This document shows, one piece after another, positions 1 through 10,627 of a stretch of DNA of 64,000 bases. Position 1 is the first letter of the stretch, and each line of letters opens with the position of its first letter. The DNA comes from Reclinomonas americana ATCC 50394 (taxonomy: Eukaryota). Under the pieces are notes generated by a model. That model saw only the letters and a program-made list of their open reading frames with translations, was not told the DNA's origin and did not search any database. The stretch lies in contig PS015010.1 of the NCBI GenBank assembly GCA_048213135.1, positions 1,116,001 through 1,180,000 of the forward strand, in the 5' to 3' direction. Position numbers and translations under genes: made by a program.

Positions 1-560
1 TCACTCTCAATAGAAGGGAGCGTATTCTGAAAATTGTTAATAAGCGAACCTTGTGCTTCGAAAAGGCGGCTTTCGATCTGGTGTGCAAGCACGTTCCTGC
101 TCCAGCCATTTTCAACAGCTTTTACAATGTAGAATGCTCTTTCACCGGGTGCTTTCGTCTTATTCAGGATGAGCGAATGATGCCCCCAGGGCAATTTGGC
201 AACAGCTTGTTGCAGAATTATAAGTTCCTTATTATCATTAGTTTGTAATGTTGCAGCAGGTTGTTGCAACATCAGGAAATGGGGGTAGGCCTTGGCGAAA
301 TCTCTCATATACCGGAGATTGCGTAAAGAAAATCCTTTCATCTCCGGAAATTCAGATCGCAAATCGCCTGCAAGCGTTTCAATAACCTTCGAGCCCCAGC
401 CGGCAATACTTTCCTGGTCGGCGATAGCTTTACCAATTTCCCAATAAACAAAGAGCAATTCAGTATTTATTGCAAGAACAGCCTTTTGCCGGGCCGCTTT
501 TATCTTAGTTTTAAGCTGCTGAAGAATTATTGCATAACCGGGTAACAGATGCGTGGGCAT
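1..560 (-). CDS. YhcG/DUF1016-family protein (PD-(D/E)XK nuclease-associated), N-terminal part; runs off the left edge of the window
   Basis: Not in the ORF track. Manual translation from ATG at 560 gives MPTHLLPGY...LLFVYWEIGK...GWGSKVIETLAGDLRSEFPEMKGFSLRNLRYMRDFA...LPWGHH...ERAFY...ENGWSRNVLAHQI, the typical DUF1016 N-terminal motifs. Confidence 0.85.
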   Translation of the reverse strand, partial: MPTHLLPGYAIILQQLKTKIKAARQKAVLAINTELLFVYWEIGKAIADQESIAGWGSKVIETLAGDLRSEFPEMKGFSLRNLRYMRDFAKAYPHFLMLQQPAATLQTNDNKELIILQQAVAKLPWGHHSLILNKTKAPGERAFYIVKAVENGWSRNVLAHQIESRLFEAQGSLINNFQNTLPSIES

Positions 561-639
561 CTGCCAAATTAGTAATTTTTGATTAATGCGGTATTGTAAT
601 AACTACCCGTTTTTAAAGGGGTAATTGGGGAGAAAAAGA

Positions 640-1206
640 TCAGACCTTCAACATTCCCCTGAACCCCCTCGCAGCATAATACGACTCGGCCCCGTTGTGA
701 TACAGGAACACGGTATTGTATCGGCGGTCGCAGAATAAAGCGCCGCCCAGTTTGCGGATGGGAGCGGGGGTGGCGATCCAGCTGGAGGTTTTCAAATCGA
801 ATTCGCCCAGTTGCTGCAGCTGGCGGTACTGGTCTTCGGTTAGGAGTTCGATGCCCATGTCGGCGGCCATGTTTTCGGCACTGTCGGCAGGTTTGTGTTC
901 TTTCCGCGATTCCAGGGCTTCGTGGTCGTAACAAATACTCCGGCGCCCTTTAGGGCTTTCGGCGGAACAATCCACAAAGAGGAGCTCGCCGGTCTTTTTA
1001 TCTACACCAATAACATCGGGTTCGCCGCCGGTCATTTCCATTTCGTTGAGCGACCACAGTTTGCCGGGGTCGGCTTCCAGCCTGGTTTGTACGGCGGGCC
1101 AGTTGATGTTTTTGTGGCGGGGTGTGTTTTTTTCGAAACGGGTTTTTAAAATGTCGAGAAGTTCGTTATGAAGGACAGGCGATAATTGCTTTTTATTACT
1201 TTTCAT
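640..1206 (-). CDS. DUF4256-family protein
   Basis: Motifs LWSLNEMEMTGGEPDV, DCSAESPKGRRSICYD, FDLKTSSW, IRKLGGALFCDRRY, YHNGAESYYAARGFRG. Confidence 0.85.
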   Translation of the reverse strand: MKSNKKQLSPVLHNELLDILKTRFEKNTPRHKNINWPAVQTRLEADPGKLWSLNEMEMTGGEPDVIGVDKKTGELLFVDCSAESPKGRRSICYDHEALESRKEHKPADSAENMAADMGIELLTEDQYRQLQQLGEFDLKTSSWIATPAPIRKLGGALFCDRRYNTVFLYHNGAESYYAARGFRGMLKV

Positions 1207-1209
1207 ACT

Positions 1210-3018
1210 TTATGATTGTGCAAATATGTAATCAAATATTTTCTTTGTTTCTCTTTGCTTCCTGATCAGGCAATGCTCTAATTCCCAGTTGGTAAAATCA
1301 ATTGCCTGGTTCTTTACAATGGAAAAAGCACTTTCAGGATAACGGGTTCTTTTGAAATCATATGTTTCATTGCTGATGGAGCGGTTCATATGTTGTTCCA
1401 GCACCATGAGGTTGCCAATAGAATGAATATTATCCTGCCACTTATCCCAGATGTCCTGTCTTTTATTTCCATCGCTATCGTGAACTGATTGAATGTGTTC
1501 AATATCTATGTCAGAGTAAAAAATCCGTCTCCGTATATTGTCAATTTTACTGCAATCACTTGTCTGGTAATCTTCATCGAGCATGGCGGATAACCGGCAA
1601 ACAATATTTTTGATTTTTGCACTGTAGGCGATATTCCCATTCAGGGCATTTTCGAGGTCGTACCAGCCTTTATGATTTTCAAGGGTGCCGATCTTCTTAT
1701 TTAAGATATCCATGAGGTCCTCAAATGAACCGTTCACTATTTCTTTTATAAGTGAGTAGGTAAAAGTATGGATCTCATTTATGGCTTTCTGGAAACGGAT
1801 GCTGTATATAATATACAACTTGCTCAACTGACGGGTGAACAGCAGCATTTTCTTCCAGGAGTTTTCTTCCCGCCCAAACCGGAAGAGAAAGAGGAACACC
1901 AATACCCGGTACCTGCTGTACCTTGACCATTCAATAAATTCGATGGCACATGCATCTTCACAGGTTTCATAGTCATTTTTTTCCCAGGTGTACCGGACTT
2001 CAATTATCCTGTCCATATCTTCGACAGACAATTCAACGCGGCTGGTATTGTTCCTGAAATGCTCCCATTGGTTAACACCCAGGATGCTGTCGAACAAGCG
2101 TTCAAAGAAACTGTCTGTTCCAAGGCTGTAAAGAACTTGCGGAAGATTATACTTGGCAATCAAAATATACTTATAAATACTGAGTATTTCCCGGATATTG
2201 CTTTGGGGAGCATCCTGTTCTCCATTGTATTTATCTACTTTTTCATACAGGTTGCTGATGGCATTAAAAACGGTTTCAGGATGACCTTTTTTGTCTTTCA
2301 GGTATTCATACATCCTGATCTTAAAGACATCGGCCCCATTGAGGTCTAATCCCGTAGTGTTGATCGCGTTAAATATCTGCAATGTTTTTGAAAGCCCGGC
2401 CCGGGTTTCGATCACCACAAAATACACATTGGACAAAAGGTATTTTACGAACTTTTTAGCATCAAATGACGATATCTCTCTTTCTTTATCATTTATTTTC
2501 TTCCCGATCAGCTCTTCAATCAGCAGAACGTTTTCACGATATCGATTAGTGTGTGCCTTATTATTATTGCCTGGTTGTATTTTATCGGTAAGTACTTCTT
2601 CAAAATGAGTTTGTTGTGTGCCATTGTTGACTTCTGTAGTCAGCCAGTTAAGATCTACGCTGTTTAATTCTTCGCAATCCCGGAATTTCGTTTTCAGCAC
2701 TTTAAATAAGAGAATAAAAGTGGTAAGCCTTTGCTGGCCGTCTATTATTTCCTGTTTATTGTCGCTGTTTCTGGCAGATAGCTGCATGGTCCCAATAAAC
2801 AGAGGTTCCGCTTCCATATTGCTATCGATGCCCCAAAAGGAGGTAAAAATGTCTGAAATGAATTTATTCAACTGGGTCGCATCCCAGGAATATGGCCGCT
2901 GGTATATAGGAACGACGTACTTTATTCCTTGCTTCAGGATAACCGCCTTGTCTTGTTGATCGTTATATTTGAGTGTGCAGGTATTAGCCGTAATCGTAAA
3001 CAACTTGTCCGTTTCCAT
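1210..3018 (-). CDS. DUF262 + DUF1524/HNH protein (GmrSD-like modification-dependent nuclease)
   Basis: VPIYQRPYSW, IIDGQQRLTT and IFNAINTTGLDL (DUF262); C-terminal DIEHIQ...IGNLMVL...NRSISN (HNH). Visibly AT-richer than its neighbours. Confidence 0.85.
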   Translation of the reverse strand: METDKLFTITANTCTLKYNDQQDKAVILKQGIKYVVPIYQRPYSWDATQLNKFISDIFTSFWGIDSNMEAEPLFIGTMQLSARNSDNKQEIIDGQQRLTTFILLFKVLKTKFRDCEELNSVDLNWLTTEVNNGTQQTHFEEVLTDKIQPGNNNKAHTNRYRENVLLIEELIGKKINDKEREISSFDAKKFVKYLLSNVYFVVIETRAGLSKTLQIFNAINTTGLDLNGADVFKIRMYEYLKDKKGHPETVFNAISNLYEKVDKYNGEQDAPQSNIREILSIYKYILIAKYNLPQVLYSLGTDSFFERLFDSILGVNQWEHFRNNTSRVELSVEDMDRIIEVRYTWEKNDYETCEDACAIEFIEWSRYSRYRVLVFLFLFRFGREENSWKKMLLFTRQLSKLYIIYSIRFQKAINEIHTFTYSLIKEIVNGSFEDLMDILNKKIGTLENHKGWYDLENALNGNIAYSAKIKNIVCRLSAMLDEDYQTSDCSKIDNIRRRIFYSDIDIEHIQSVHDSDGNKRQDIWDKWQDNIHSIGNLMVLEQHMNRSISNETYDFKRTRYPESAFSIVKNQAIDFTNWELEHCLIRKQRETKKIFDYIFAQS

Positions 3019-3047
3019 ATTGGGGTAATTGATTTTATGGTGATCAG

Positions 3048-3635
3048 CTAATCATTCAGTCCTTTTCCTTTCATGATATCGGATATATATTTTTCTATCC
3101 TTGCTTCCCGCGTTTTGGACTGTTTGGCCTGCGAAAAATAGAACAGGTAAGCCCTTTGCCGCCCGGGGGTGAGTGATGTGAATGCTTTTTTGAGTGCAGC
3201 GCTTTTGTTCAGCCTTTTCTGAAATTCTTCGGGAACGTCGTAATCGGCGGTCTTTTTCAGTTTCACTTTCAGCCCGGCTTTTTCCACTTCAATGGCTTCA
3301 TAAATATAGGCTTTCAGTGTGGTTTTTAATGTAACGATGTCTGACACATTGGTGAACCTGGCCTGCCGGGCAGATTGTACATTTTTTGTCTGCTGAATGA
3401 GTATGCCATCAGGATCGCTGAGCAGTGCGCCTTTAAAAAACAGGTATGCACAGTATTCCTTTAAAGTGTGTATGAGCACCGTGTTGGTGCCTTCGAAGGT
3501 ATAACAGGGGCAGCCCCATTTCAACTCTTCGGTGAGACCACAGCTGAGTACGATCTTCCTCAGCTGTTCAATTTCCTTCTGCCATTTTTCGGCTTTGTCG
3601 AAGTACCAATCCACCTCGGGGTTTTCGTTGTTCAT
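3048..3635 (-). CDS. YdeI/OmpD-associated family protein (DUF1801 N-terminus)
   Basis: LTEELKWGCPCY, FFKGALLSDP, QTKNVQSARQ, AFTSLTPGRQRAY, AKQSKTREARIEK. Confidence 0.85.
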   Translation of the reverse strand: MNNENPEVDWYFDKAEKWQKEIEQLRKIVLSCGLTEELKWGCPCYTFEGTNTVLIHTLKEYCAYLFFKGALLSDPDGILIQQTKNVQSARQARFTNVSDIVTLKTTLKAYIYEAIEVEKAGLKVKLKKTADYDVPEEFQKRLNKSAALKKAFTSLTPGRQRAYLFYFSQAKQSKTREARIEKYISDIMKGKGLND

Positions 3636-3655
3636 ACCATTGTGTTTTTATAAAA

Positions 3656-4036
3656 TTACTGAACCGGGCTCATCTTCCTGTCTGCCGGCCTGAAATACCA
3701 GGATACGGCGGTAAGCACTAATAATAATGAAGGTCCAAACAGTTCCTTAACCGCATCATTCACCGCCAGGTGCGATGCGATGGCGCCCGACATTACGAAA
3801 AGGAAACCGGCGTAGGCCCATTCTTTCAGTACGGGATATTTAGGGATGAGTATGGCTGCTACACCCAGTATTTTCCAAACGCCAATAAGGGTGAGGAGGT
3901 AGGAGGGGTAACCCAGGCGGGTGAACATATCAGCTTCCTCTTTCATTTTAATGAGTTGTACCACGCCGGTGGACAGCATGCCCAGCGACAGCCAGGCGGT
4001 GGCGATCCAGTAAATGATCTTGTTGCGCTTGCTCAT
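3656..4036 (-). CDS. DoxX-like membrane protein
   Basis: Four hydrophobic segments; LGYPSY, GVWKILG, LKEWAYAGF motifs. Confidence 0.85.
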   Translation of the reverse strand: MSKRNKIIYWIATAWLSLGMLSTGVVQLIKMKEEADMFTRLGYPSYLLTLIGVWKILGVAAILIPKYPVLKEWAYAGFLFVMSGAIASHLAVNDAVKELFGPSLLLVLTAVSWYFRPADRKMSPVQ

Positions 4037-4127
4037 AATGTTATTTTTATTGGTTATTTTTTTTGTTGACCAGCGCCAGGATCTTTATTCAGCCCCGGTT
4101 GTGTCACTCACTTGTACCGCATCAACG

Positions 4128-4598
4128 CTATTCAGCTATTTTACCCGCTACTTCCTGCAGGCGGTCGTGCGCCATGTTGATGCCGTAAGCGAAAGGAAGT
4201 TTCAGCTGCTCGGCACGATGTGCGGCTGAGCGGTAAATGATGTGTATGCTGAGTTTACTGCGGTTGGCTGACAGCGATTCAAACTCCAGGAACTCCAGTT
4301 GTACGCCTACGGGAGCGTAACCCATTTCAAAGGTGCGGACGATCTTTTCACCGGGAATAATATCGTGTATGGTACCGTGGGCGGTAAAGACGACATTGCC
4401 CTGCGGGTCGGACGTTTCATAACGGTAGCTGCCATGCGGCTGGCTTTCCAGTTTAACAACTTTGGTGCCCATCCATTGGGAGATAATATCGGCCTCAGTG
4501 TGTGCCTTGAAGAGCAGGTCTACCGGCAGGTCGAATTCGCGGGTGATGGTGAGGTCTTGCCGGCCTTCTTCGGCATTGATAATCGTTTTGCGTTCCAT
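4128..4598 (-). CDS. SRPBCC/AHSA1-domain protein
   Basis: ITREFDLPVDLLFKAHT...QWMG start of START-like fold; directly downstream of ArsR. Confidence 0.85.
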   Translation of the reverse strand: MERKTIINAEEGRQDLTITREFDLPVDLLFKAHTEADIISQWMGTKVVKLESQPHGSYRYETSDPQGNVVFTAHGTIHDIIPGEKIVRTFEMGYAPVGVQLEFLEFESLSANRSKLSIHIIYRSAAHRAEQLKLPFAYGINMAHDRLQEVAGKIAE

Positions 4599-4604
4599 GT
4601 TGTA

Positions 4605-4928
4605 CTATTTTTTGGAATTGTATTGTTGCATGATGTTCTCGAGTTTGTTGAAGCGGTCGTCCCACATATTGCGGAAGGGTTCCAGGAAATCGGCGATCTC
4701 TTTCATTTTACCGGGGTTGAGGTGGTAATACATTTCCCTGCCGTTTTGTTCCTGTTTAAGGAGTTCACATTCGGTGAGTATTTGCAGGTGTTTGGAAACG
4801 GTGGGGCGTGCGGTGTCGAAATTGGCGGCAATGGCCCCGGCGGTCATGGCGTTTGATGTCACTAACAGCAGTATGGCCCTGCGGGTGGGGTCGGCAATGG
4901 CCTGGAAAACGTCTCGTCGTAAATTCAT
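4605..4928 (-). CDS. ArsR/SmtB-family transcriptional regulator
   Basis: [15 protein letters not shown]...[11 protein letters not shown]...GREMYY winged HTH. Confidence 0.9.
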   Translation of the reverse strand: MNLRRDVFQAIADPTRRAILLLVTSNAMTAGAIAANFDTARPTVSKHLQILTECELLKQEQNGREMYYHLNPGKMKEIADFLEPFRNMWDDRFNKLENIMQQYNSKK

Positions 4929-4930
4929 TA

Positions 4931-4974
4931 TGTAGCTATTTGACTACAAATATATGTGTAGTTATTTGGCTACG
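4931..4974 (-). promoter_or_regulatory. Twin palindromic operators straddling a Bacteroidota -7 promoter element (probable ArsR autoregulation)
   Basis: TGTAGCTATTTGACTACA (4931-4948) and TGTAGTTATTTGGCTACG (4957-4974); minus-strand TATATTTG (TAnnTTTG) at 4947-4954; immediately upstream of the ArsR ATG. Confidence 0.7.
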
Positions 4975-5039
4975 CAAATTTTTGGGAGGATTTTTTTGAG
5001 ATGGTCGTAATCCGTATAATATTATATGTATGCCGTTGT

Positions 5040-5411
5040 TTAAACGCTCTGCCCAAAAGTGAGCAGGTTATGATCGGGATCAAGCAGGGAAAATTCCCTT
5101 TGTCCCCAGGGTTTGGTATGGATATGCCCGGCTGCGGGAATGGCAAGTTTTTTATCCAGGGCCAGCTGGTATAGCTCGTCGATATTGTTTGTACGTATAT
5201 AGACCTGGCCATAGTTTTCCTTCGGGTCCAGTTCTTTAAACTCAAAGAAATGGATCTGGATGTCATCTTTTTCCACCATTAAATAGCCATCGTAATCGGC
5301 ACTGCCGAAATCCCGGAAACCGAGTTTGTCCAGGTAGAACTCTTTTGTTGTGTTTTTATTCCGCATAGGAAGCTTCGGATGAATGGCGGTGAGCATGATT
5401 CGTTTTTTCAT
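5040..5411 (-). CDS. VOC/glyoxalase-bleomycin resistance family protein
   Basis: PKLPMRN...FYLDKLGF...KPWGQREFSLLDPDHNLLTFGQ. Confidence 0.85.
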   Translation of the reverse strand: MKKRIMLTAIHPKLPMRNKNTTKEFYLDKLGFRDFGSADYDGYLMVEKDDIQIHFFEFKELDPKENYGQVYIRTNNIDELYQLALDKKLAIPAAGHIHTKPWGQREFSLLDPDHNLLTFGQSV

Positions 5412-5653
5412 AAATGTAAATGGTTTGGTTGAAAATTGAAGGGCCTTAATACGAGATGCAGATACCGAATGCCAGACGGCAGCAGCCAGATGCTATACGT
5501 CATGTATTGAGGTCTCATTTATTATTTTAAAGGTAATTATTTTATCTTATAATTAATATTATGTTAAATAACAAAAATCTGAAAATGAACCCTTTGTATG
5601 AAAAATAACTACGCTCTACCTTTGATACAGCAATCCGCTACCCTTTATAAACA

Positions 5654-5677
5654 AAGGCCGCTCAACTGAGCGGCCTT
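5654..5677 (-). terminator. Hairpin downstream of gyrA
   Basis: AAGGCCGCTCA/TGAGCGGCCTT inverted repeat about 20 nt after the gyrA stop. Confidence 0.65.
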
Positions 5678-5699
5678 CCTATTTGGTATGCTTTTAATC

Positions 5700-8327
5700 C
5701 TATGCTTCAGGATTGTCAACAGGCGTTTCTTCCGAAGTCTCCGTGGTGGAATCTGCAGGATTTTCGGTCGCTGCATTTTCATCCAGTTCCGGTAATTCTT
5801 CTTCCTGTTCGTCCAATTGCGTAATGGCGGCAATTTCGTCGCCTTCGTCTACACGAATGAGTTTTACACCCTGGGTGGCACGGCCCTGTTCGCTGATCTG
5901 GTTAACGGCCATGCGGATGGTGATACCCGACACGCAGGTGATCATCAAATCCTCTTTTTCGGTCACGGCCAGCAATCCTACCAGTAAGCCGGTTTTGTCG
6001 GTCACGCTGATGGTCTTCACACCTTTACCGCCGCGGTTGGTCACCCGGTAGTTGGCTTCGCCGGTTTCGGGATCGTCGAGGAACGTACGTTTGCCGTAAC
6101 CTTTCTCACTTACCACCAATATGGTTTTGGTCTTGTCTTCTTTATTGATACAAACCATGCCTACCACTTCGTCGTTCTTATCGTCCACTTCAATACCGAA
6201 TACGCCGATACTGCCACGGCCGGTGGAACGTACTTTATCCTCAGGGAAACGGATCGCCCTGCCGCTCTTCACGGCCATCATAATTTCGCAGTTACCATCA
6301 GTAAGCCTGGCTTCCAGTAACTGGTCGCCCTCCTGGATGGTAATGGCGTTAACACCGGTCTGGCGCGGACGGCTGAAATCTTCCAGGTCCGTCTTCTTAA
6401 TAACACCCTGTTTGGTGCACAGTACGATGTAATGATTCTTTACATATTCTTCGTCGTCGAAGTCCTTAATATCTATAATGGCCCTTACCTTATCATCCGG
6501 CGGAATCTGTACGAGGTTCTGAATGGCCCGTCCCTTGCTGGTTTTATCGCCTTCAGGGATCTGGTACACTTTCAGCCAGTAGCAACGTCCTTTTTCGGTG
6601 AAGAACAATAAGGTATGGTGTGTGCTGGCTACAAACAGGTGTTCAATATAATCTTCCTGCCTGGTGCTGCTGCCCTTGGCGCCTCGGCCGCCTCGTTTCT
6701 GCTGGCGGTATTCGGTGGCGGAAGTACGTTTGATATAACCGAGGTGCGAAATGGTTACCACCACGTCTTCTTCTTCAATGAGGTCGAGCATATTGATCTC
6801 GTCGCCAACATATACGATCTCTGATTTTCTTTCGTCGCCGAATTTATCCTTTACTTCCTGCAGTTCTGTTTTGATGATATCGAAGCGCATACTTTCGTTG
6901 GCGAGCACCAGTTTGAGGTGTGCGATCAGCTTCATGATCTCGGCGTGTTCTTCCCTGATCTTTTCGATCTCCATACCGGTAAGACGTTGCAAACGCAGTT
7001 CCAGTACGGCTTTCGCCTGTATTTCGGTCATACCGAAATTGCTGATCAGTCCTTCCAGGGCGATACTGGGTGTGGCGGATTCGCGGATGAGTTTGATCAC
7101 CGCGTCGAGGTTATCCAGCGCGATGATATAGCCTTCGAGAATGTGCGCCCGTTCCTCTGCTTTGCGCAGTTCGTATTGCGTACGGCGGATTACCACTTCA
7201 TGCCTGAAGTCAACGAATTCGGAAATGAGGTCCCTTATGTTGAGTATTTTAGGCCTTCCCCTTACCAACGCTACGTTATTGATACCGTAAGAGGTTTGCA
7301 GTTCGGTGAGCTTATACAGCTGGTTGATGATGACCTGCGCTACGGCATCTTTTTTCAGATCGATAACGATACGTGTTCCTTCCTTGTTGTTACTTTCATT
7401 ATTAACGTCGGCAATGCCTTCGATCATTTTTTCATTGATGAGTTCCCCTATCCTGGCGGTCAGCGTATCGCGGTTGACCTGGTAAGGTGTTTCATAAATA
7501 ATGATCTTTTCGCGACCGTTTTTAGTGGTCTCGATGTTCACTTTACCCCTCAGCACTACCCTGCCACGACCCGTGTGCAGCGCGGCTTTCACACCTTCAA
7601 AACCGTAAATGATGCCACCGGTCGGGAAGTCGGGCCCCTTCACGTGTTTTACCAGTTCTTCGATGGTGATCTCGCGATTGTCGACATAAGCGATACAGCC
7701 ATCGATCACTTCGCTGAGGTTGTGGGGCATCATATTAGTAGCCATACCTACGGCGATGCCGCTGCTGCCATTGAGGAGCAACTGCGGAATGCGTGTAGGC
7801 AGTACCGTTGGTTCTTTCAGACTGTCGTCGAAGTTGAGCTGGAAGTCTACGGTTTCTTTTTCGATATCCTCAAGCATGGCTTCCGCCATCTTTTCCATAC
7901 GCACTTCCGTATAACGCATGGCTGCCGGGGGATCTCCATCCTGGCTGCCGAAGTTACCCTGACCATCTACCAGTTTATAACGCATGGACCATTCCTGGGC
8001 CATACGCACCATGGTGTCATAAATGGATGCATCGCCGTGCGGGTGATACTTACCGATCACCTCGCCCACGATACGGGCACTCTTTTTATAAGGTTTGTTG
8101 CTGTTGTTGCCGAGTTCGTGCATGCCGAACAGTACGCGGCGGTGTACGGGTTTAAGACCGTCACGCACATCCGGGAGCGCACGTCCCACGATCACGCTCA
8201 TCGAATAATCGATGTACGAAGTCTTCATTTGTTCCTCGATATTGACCGGGATAACACGTCCCCTGTTGCTCTGGTCCCCGTTGTTCAGCGGCTGATTTTC
8301 GTCGTTGAATTGATCTGTATTTTCCAT
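5700..8327 (-). CDS. gyrA: DNA gyrase subunit A
   Basis: [31 protein letters not shown] active site, GyrA-box QKRGGRG, acidic tail. Confidence 0.98.
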   Translation of the reverse strand: MENTDQFNDENQPLNNGDQSNRGRVIPVNIEEQMKTSYIDYSMSVIVGRALPDVRDGLKPVHRRVLFGMHELGNNSNKPYKKSARIVGEVIGKYHPHGDASIYDTMVRMAQEWSMRYKLVDGQGNFGSQDGDPPAAMRYTEVRMEKMAEAMLEDIEKETVDFQLNFDDSLKEPTVLPTRIPQLLLNGSSGIAVGMATNMMPHNLSEVIDGCIAYVDNREITIEELVKHVKGPDFPTGGIIYGFEGVKAALHTGRGRVVLRGKVNIETTKNGREKIIIYETPYQVNRDTLTARIGELINEKMIEGIADVNNESNNKEGTRIVIDLKKDAVAQVIINQLYKLTELQTSYGINNVALVRGRPKILNIRDLISEFVDFRHEVVIRRTQYELRKAEERAHILEGYIIALDNLDAVIKLIRESATPSIALEGLISNFGMTEIQAKAVLELRLQRLTGMEIEKIREEHAEIMKLIAHLKLVLANESMRFDIIKTELQEVKDKFGDERKSEIVYVGDEINMLDLIEEEDVVVTISHLGYIKRTSATEYRQQKRGGRGAKGSSTRQEDYIEHLFVASTHHTLLFFTEKGRCYWLKVYQIPEGDKTSKGRAIQNLVQIPPDDKVRAIIDIKDFDDEEYVKNHYIVLCTKQGVIKKTDLEDFSRPRQTGVNAITIQEGDQLLEARLTDGNCEIMMAVKSGRAIRFPEDKVRSTGRGSIGVFGIEVDDKNDEVVGMVCINKEDKTKTILVVSEKGYGKRTFLDDPETGEANYRVTNRGGKGVKTISVTDKTGLLVGLLAVTEKEDLMITCVSGITIRMAVNQISEQGRATQGVKLIRVDEGDEIAAITQLDEQEEELPELDENAATENPADSTTETSEETPVDNPEA

Positions 8328-8483
8328 ATAATTTTATAGTCTGCGAATGTACCGATTTTTGGCCGTTCTGAGGCTATAAAATGAGGGTTTTACACTCCTT
8401 TTTTTTTCACATTTGACCGGGTAATGTGGACAATCGTAAAAAATGCGGAAAAGCCCGGAAAACCTGGGTTTCCCGGGCATGGA

Positions 8484-10364
8484 TCAGTGCACCAGAATGA
8501 GTTTCTCCGCCCCGAGCGTCCCTTCTTTGGTGATATAACGGATAAAGTAGGTGCCTGCAGGATATTGAGAGATGTCGGTTTGCCATTTTCCACCCTTTGC
8601 CGGGCTGCTTAGCCTGAACAATATTTTACCGGTAAAATCGGCCATATACAGTTCCCTGATCTCTTTATCGCTTTCGAGGGTAACGGGTCCTTGTGTGGGG
8701 TTGGGATAGACCTTCACCCGGGCAATATTGGAAGGCTGCTGTACAACGGGTTCCTGCACCTGCTGCACACCCGGACAATCTTTGGCATATACATACTGCT
8801 GTATGACCCGTTGCATGAGCTGGTTCAGCAGTTCTACCTGGTAATTATCGGTTGTGGGGTCGGTGTGTTTGCCACCCACGCCACTGTGGTCGGTAAGAAA
8901 GGCATAAGTACCATTGGTGGCCAACGCCATGCTGCGCAGCAGGTATTCGTTCTTTTTACCACTACCGCTGCAGGCAATGGGTATGATGCGTACACCCATA
9001 TTGGCGGCACGTGTAATGAGCGTGGTCATATCTTTTCGGGCTTCATCATGCGGTGGCGCATCCAGGAACAGGAAGAGCAAACGGGTGCGTGCTTCTTTGC
9101 GCCAGCTGAGTTTAGTGAGTGCTGCTTCCAGTGCCTGATCCACGGCTTCGGGTTCATCGCCTCCCCCGCCGGCCTGCTGCAGTTTAACGAAGTTGAGTAC
9201 TTTGAGCAATTCCGATTGAAAGTCGATCTCTTTGGTGATATACTCATCTCCTTTATCGCGGTAAAATACGGAAGCGGTTTTCAGGTCCAGCTCACTGTAA
9301 CGGTTATACGTATTTCTGATCACATCTTCCATTTCGAATTTGAGAAAGTCGATCTCATCGGCCATACTGCCGGTGGCATCTACTACAAAAGCAATGTCCA
9401 CGGCTTTGGAAACGCCGCAGGCCTGGTTCACCTGCACATGATTGATGCCGTTGCTGAAGCTGACAGGATTCAGCACATCTTTTGCGCCGGCAGTCGTGAT
9501 CTTGTACTGCCTTGAGCCTGCACTGTCTGCGGCACTGAACAATCCTGCCCACAGTTCCGCTTTGCCGGTATTGTCGGTAACGGCGGTCCATACAATGTTG
9601 TTGTTATTGGCATCCCGCAGGTATACGGTTTGGTTGATAAGCGCCATGTGGTTGTCGTTCTGCAGTTGCACCATGTAACGCTGCGTGGCCCAAATACCCC
9701 AGAAGTTACTCATATCCTTAAATTCTTTATCGCTTAGGTCGCCCCACATTTTCCATTTATAAAAATCATTGATTTCACCGGCAGTAAGGATGCGTTTACC
9801 GGCAACGGGTTTTGCAATGGAATCCAGGGCATATACTTCGCGGCCGGCGGCCGCACCTGATATTGCGGAACTGTAAGTGCCTGACCCGGAAGAACTGTAA
9901 AAATCAGCAGCAGGCGCTGCATATGTGGCGGCGGCTCTTGACCTGCTCCTTCTTTTAGTACTGAAACCAGAAGTAACCACTACCTCGCTTAATGCAGCAC
10001 TTGAACCGGCAATGGTTTTGTCTGCCACAATGCTGTTTTCTCCTCTCAGTCTTACGATATCGCGTTTGTACAACAAGACCACTTCAAAATTTTTATCCGC
10101 CGCTAATTTGGGCGTCAGCACTACCCTGTAACTTTCATGTGTTGCTGAAGAGAAGAGCAGCGTATCGGTTGTGTTGTTCAGTTTGATGGTAAAGCTGCCA
10201 TCCGACCCGGTTGTAGTGCTCCTTTTCACTCCCGGTATGAAAACGGTAACACCGGCTGCCGGGGCGCCGTTCTCACTTTTTACTTTCCCTGAAAAAGACT
10301 GGCCAAAACTATGACTGGTGGCGGATATAACGAAGATCATCATAAACAGTATACATTTCCTCAT
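8484..10364 (-). CDS. Secreted protein: carboxypeptidase-regulatory-like domain + vWA + T9SS type-A CTD
   Basis: Signal peptide; SGKVKSENGAPAAGVTV; MIDAS DATGSM, GGGDEPEA, DAPPH; C-terminal VYPNPT...GTYFIRY...KLILVH. Confidence 0.8.
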   Translation of the reverse strand: MRKCILFMMIFVISATSHSFGQSFSGKVKSENGAPAAGVTVFIPGVKRSTTTGSDGSFTIKLNNTTDTLLFSSATHESYRVVLTPKLAADKNFEVVLLYKRDIVRLRGENSIVADKTIAGSSAALSEVVVTSGFSTKRRSRSRAAATYAAPAADFYSSSGSGTYSSAISGAAAGREVYALDSIAKPVAGKRILTAGEINDFYKWKMWGDLSDKEFKDMSNFWGIWATQRYMVQLQNDNHMALINQTVYLRDANNNNIVWTAVTDNTGKAELWAGLFSAADSAGSRQYKITTAGAKDVLNPVSFSNGINHVQVNQACGVSKAVDIAFVVDATGSMADEIDFLKFEMEDVIRNTYNRYSELDLKTASVFYRDKGDEYITKEIDFQSELLKVLNFVKLQQAGGGGDEPEAVDQALEAALTKLSWRKEARTRLLFLFLDAPPHDEARKDMTTLITRAANMGVRIIPIACSGSGKKNEYLLRSMALATNGTYAFLTDHSGVGGKHTDPTTDNYQVELLNQLMQRVIQQYVYAKDCPGVQQVQEPVVQQPSNIARVKVYPNPTQGPVTLESDKEIRELYMADFTGKILFRLSSPAKGGKWQTDISQYPAGTYFIRYITKEGTLGAEKLILVH

Positions 10365-10472
10365 AATACGATTGATTTTGCAATAGGATGTTGGAACCCG
10401 TGATTTTGCATAAACGGCTTTTCAATACAATTGTTAAAGATTGGTGAACACGTTATCCCTCAAAGGTTTTTG

Positions 10473-10536
10473 GTCATTCCGAGAAAGGAGGAATCTCTTT
10501 CCTGTGGCGAGAGATTCCTCGTAACCCCGGTATGAC
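10473..10536. repeat. Degenerate REP-like palindromic element
   Basis: GTCATTCCG...GAGGAATCTCT (10488-10498) / AGAGATTCCTC (10510-10520)...CGGTATGAC, nested inverted repeats. Confidence 0.65.
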
Positions 10537-10627
10537 ACAAAGGAACAAGACTCAAACGGGTACCCTACCTGTAATCGGTCCTCGTGGCTTTGCGGGACAA
10601 ATCCATTACCTTGCAAAAAAAATATTT

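Noticed and set aside
618-3031. 10-bp direct repeat GGGGTAATTG (618-627 and 3022-3031) as a target-site duplication
   Set aside because: It brackets DUF4256 as well as the nuclease, there is no transposase or terminal repeat, and it was found post hoc, so it may be chance
6918-8339. 473-aa plus-strand ORF
   Set aside because: Antisense shadow of gyrA; no recognisable motifs
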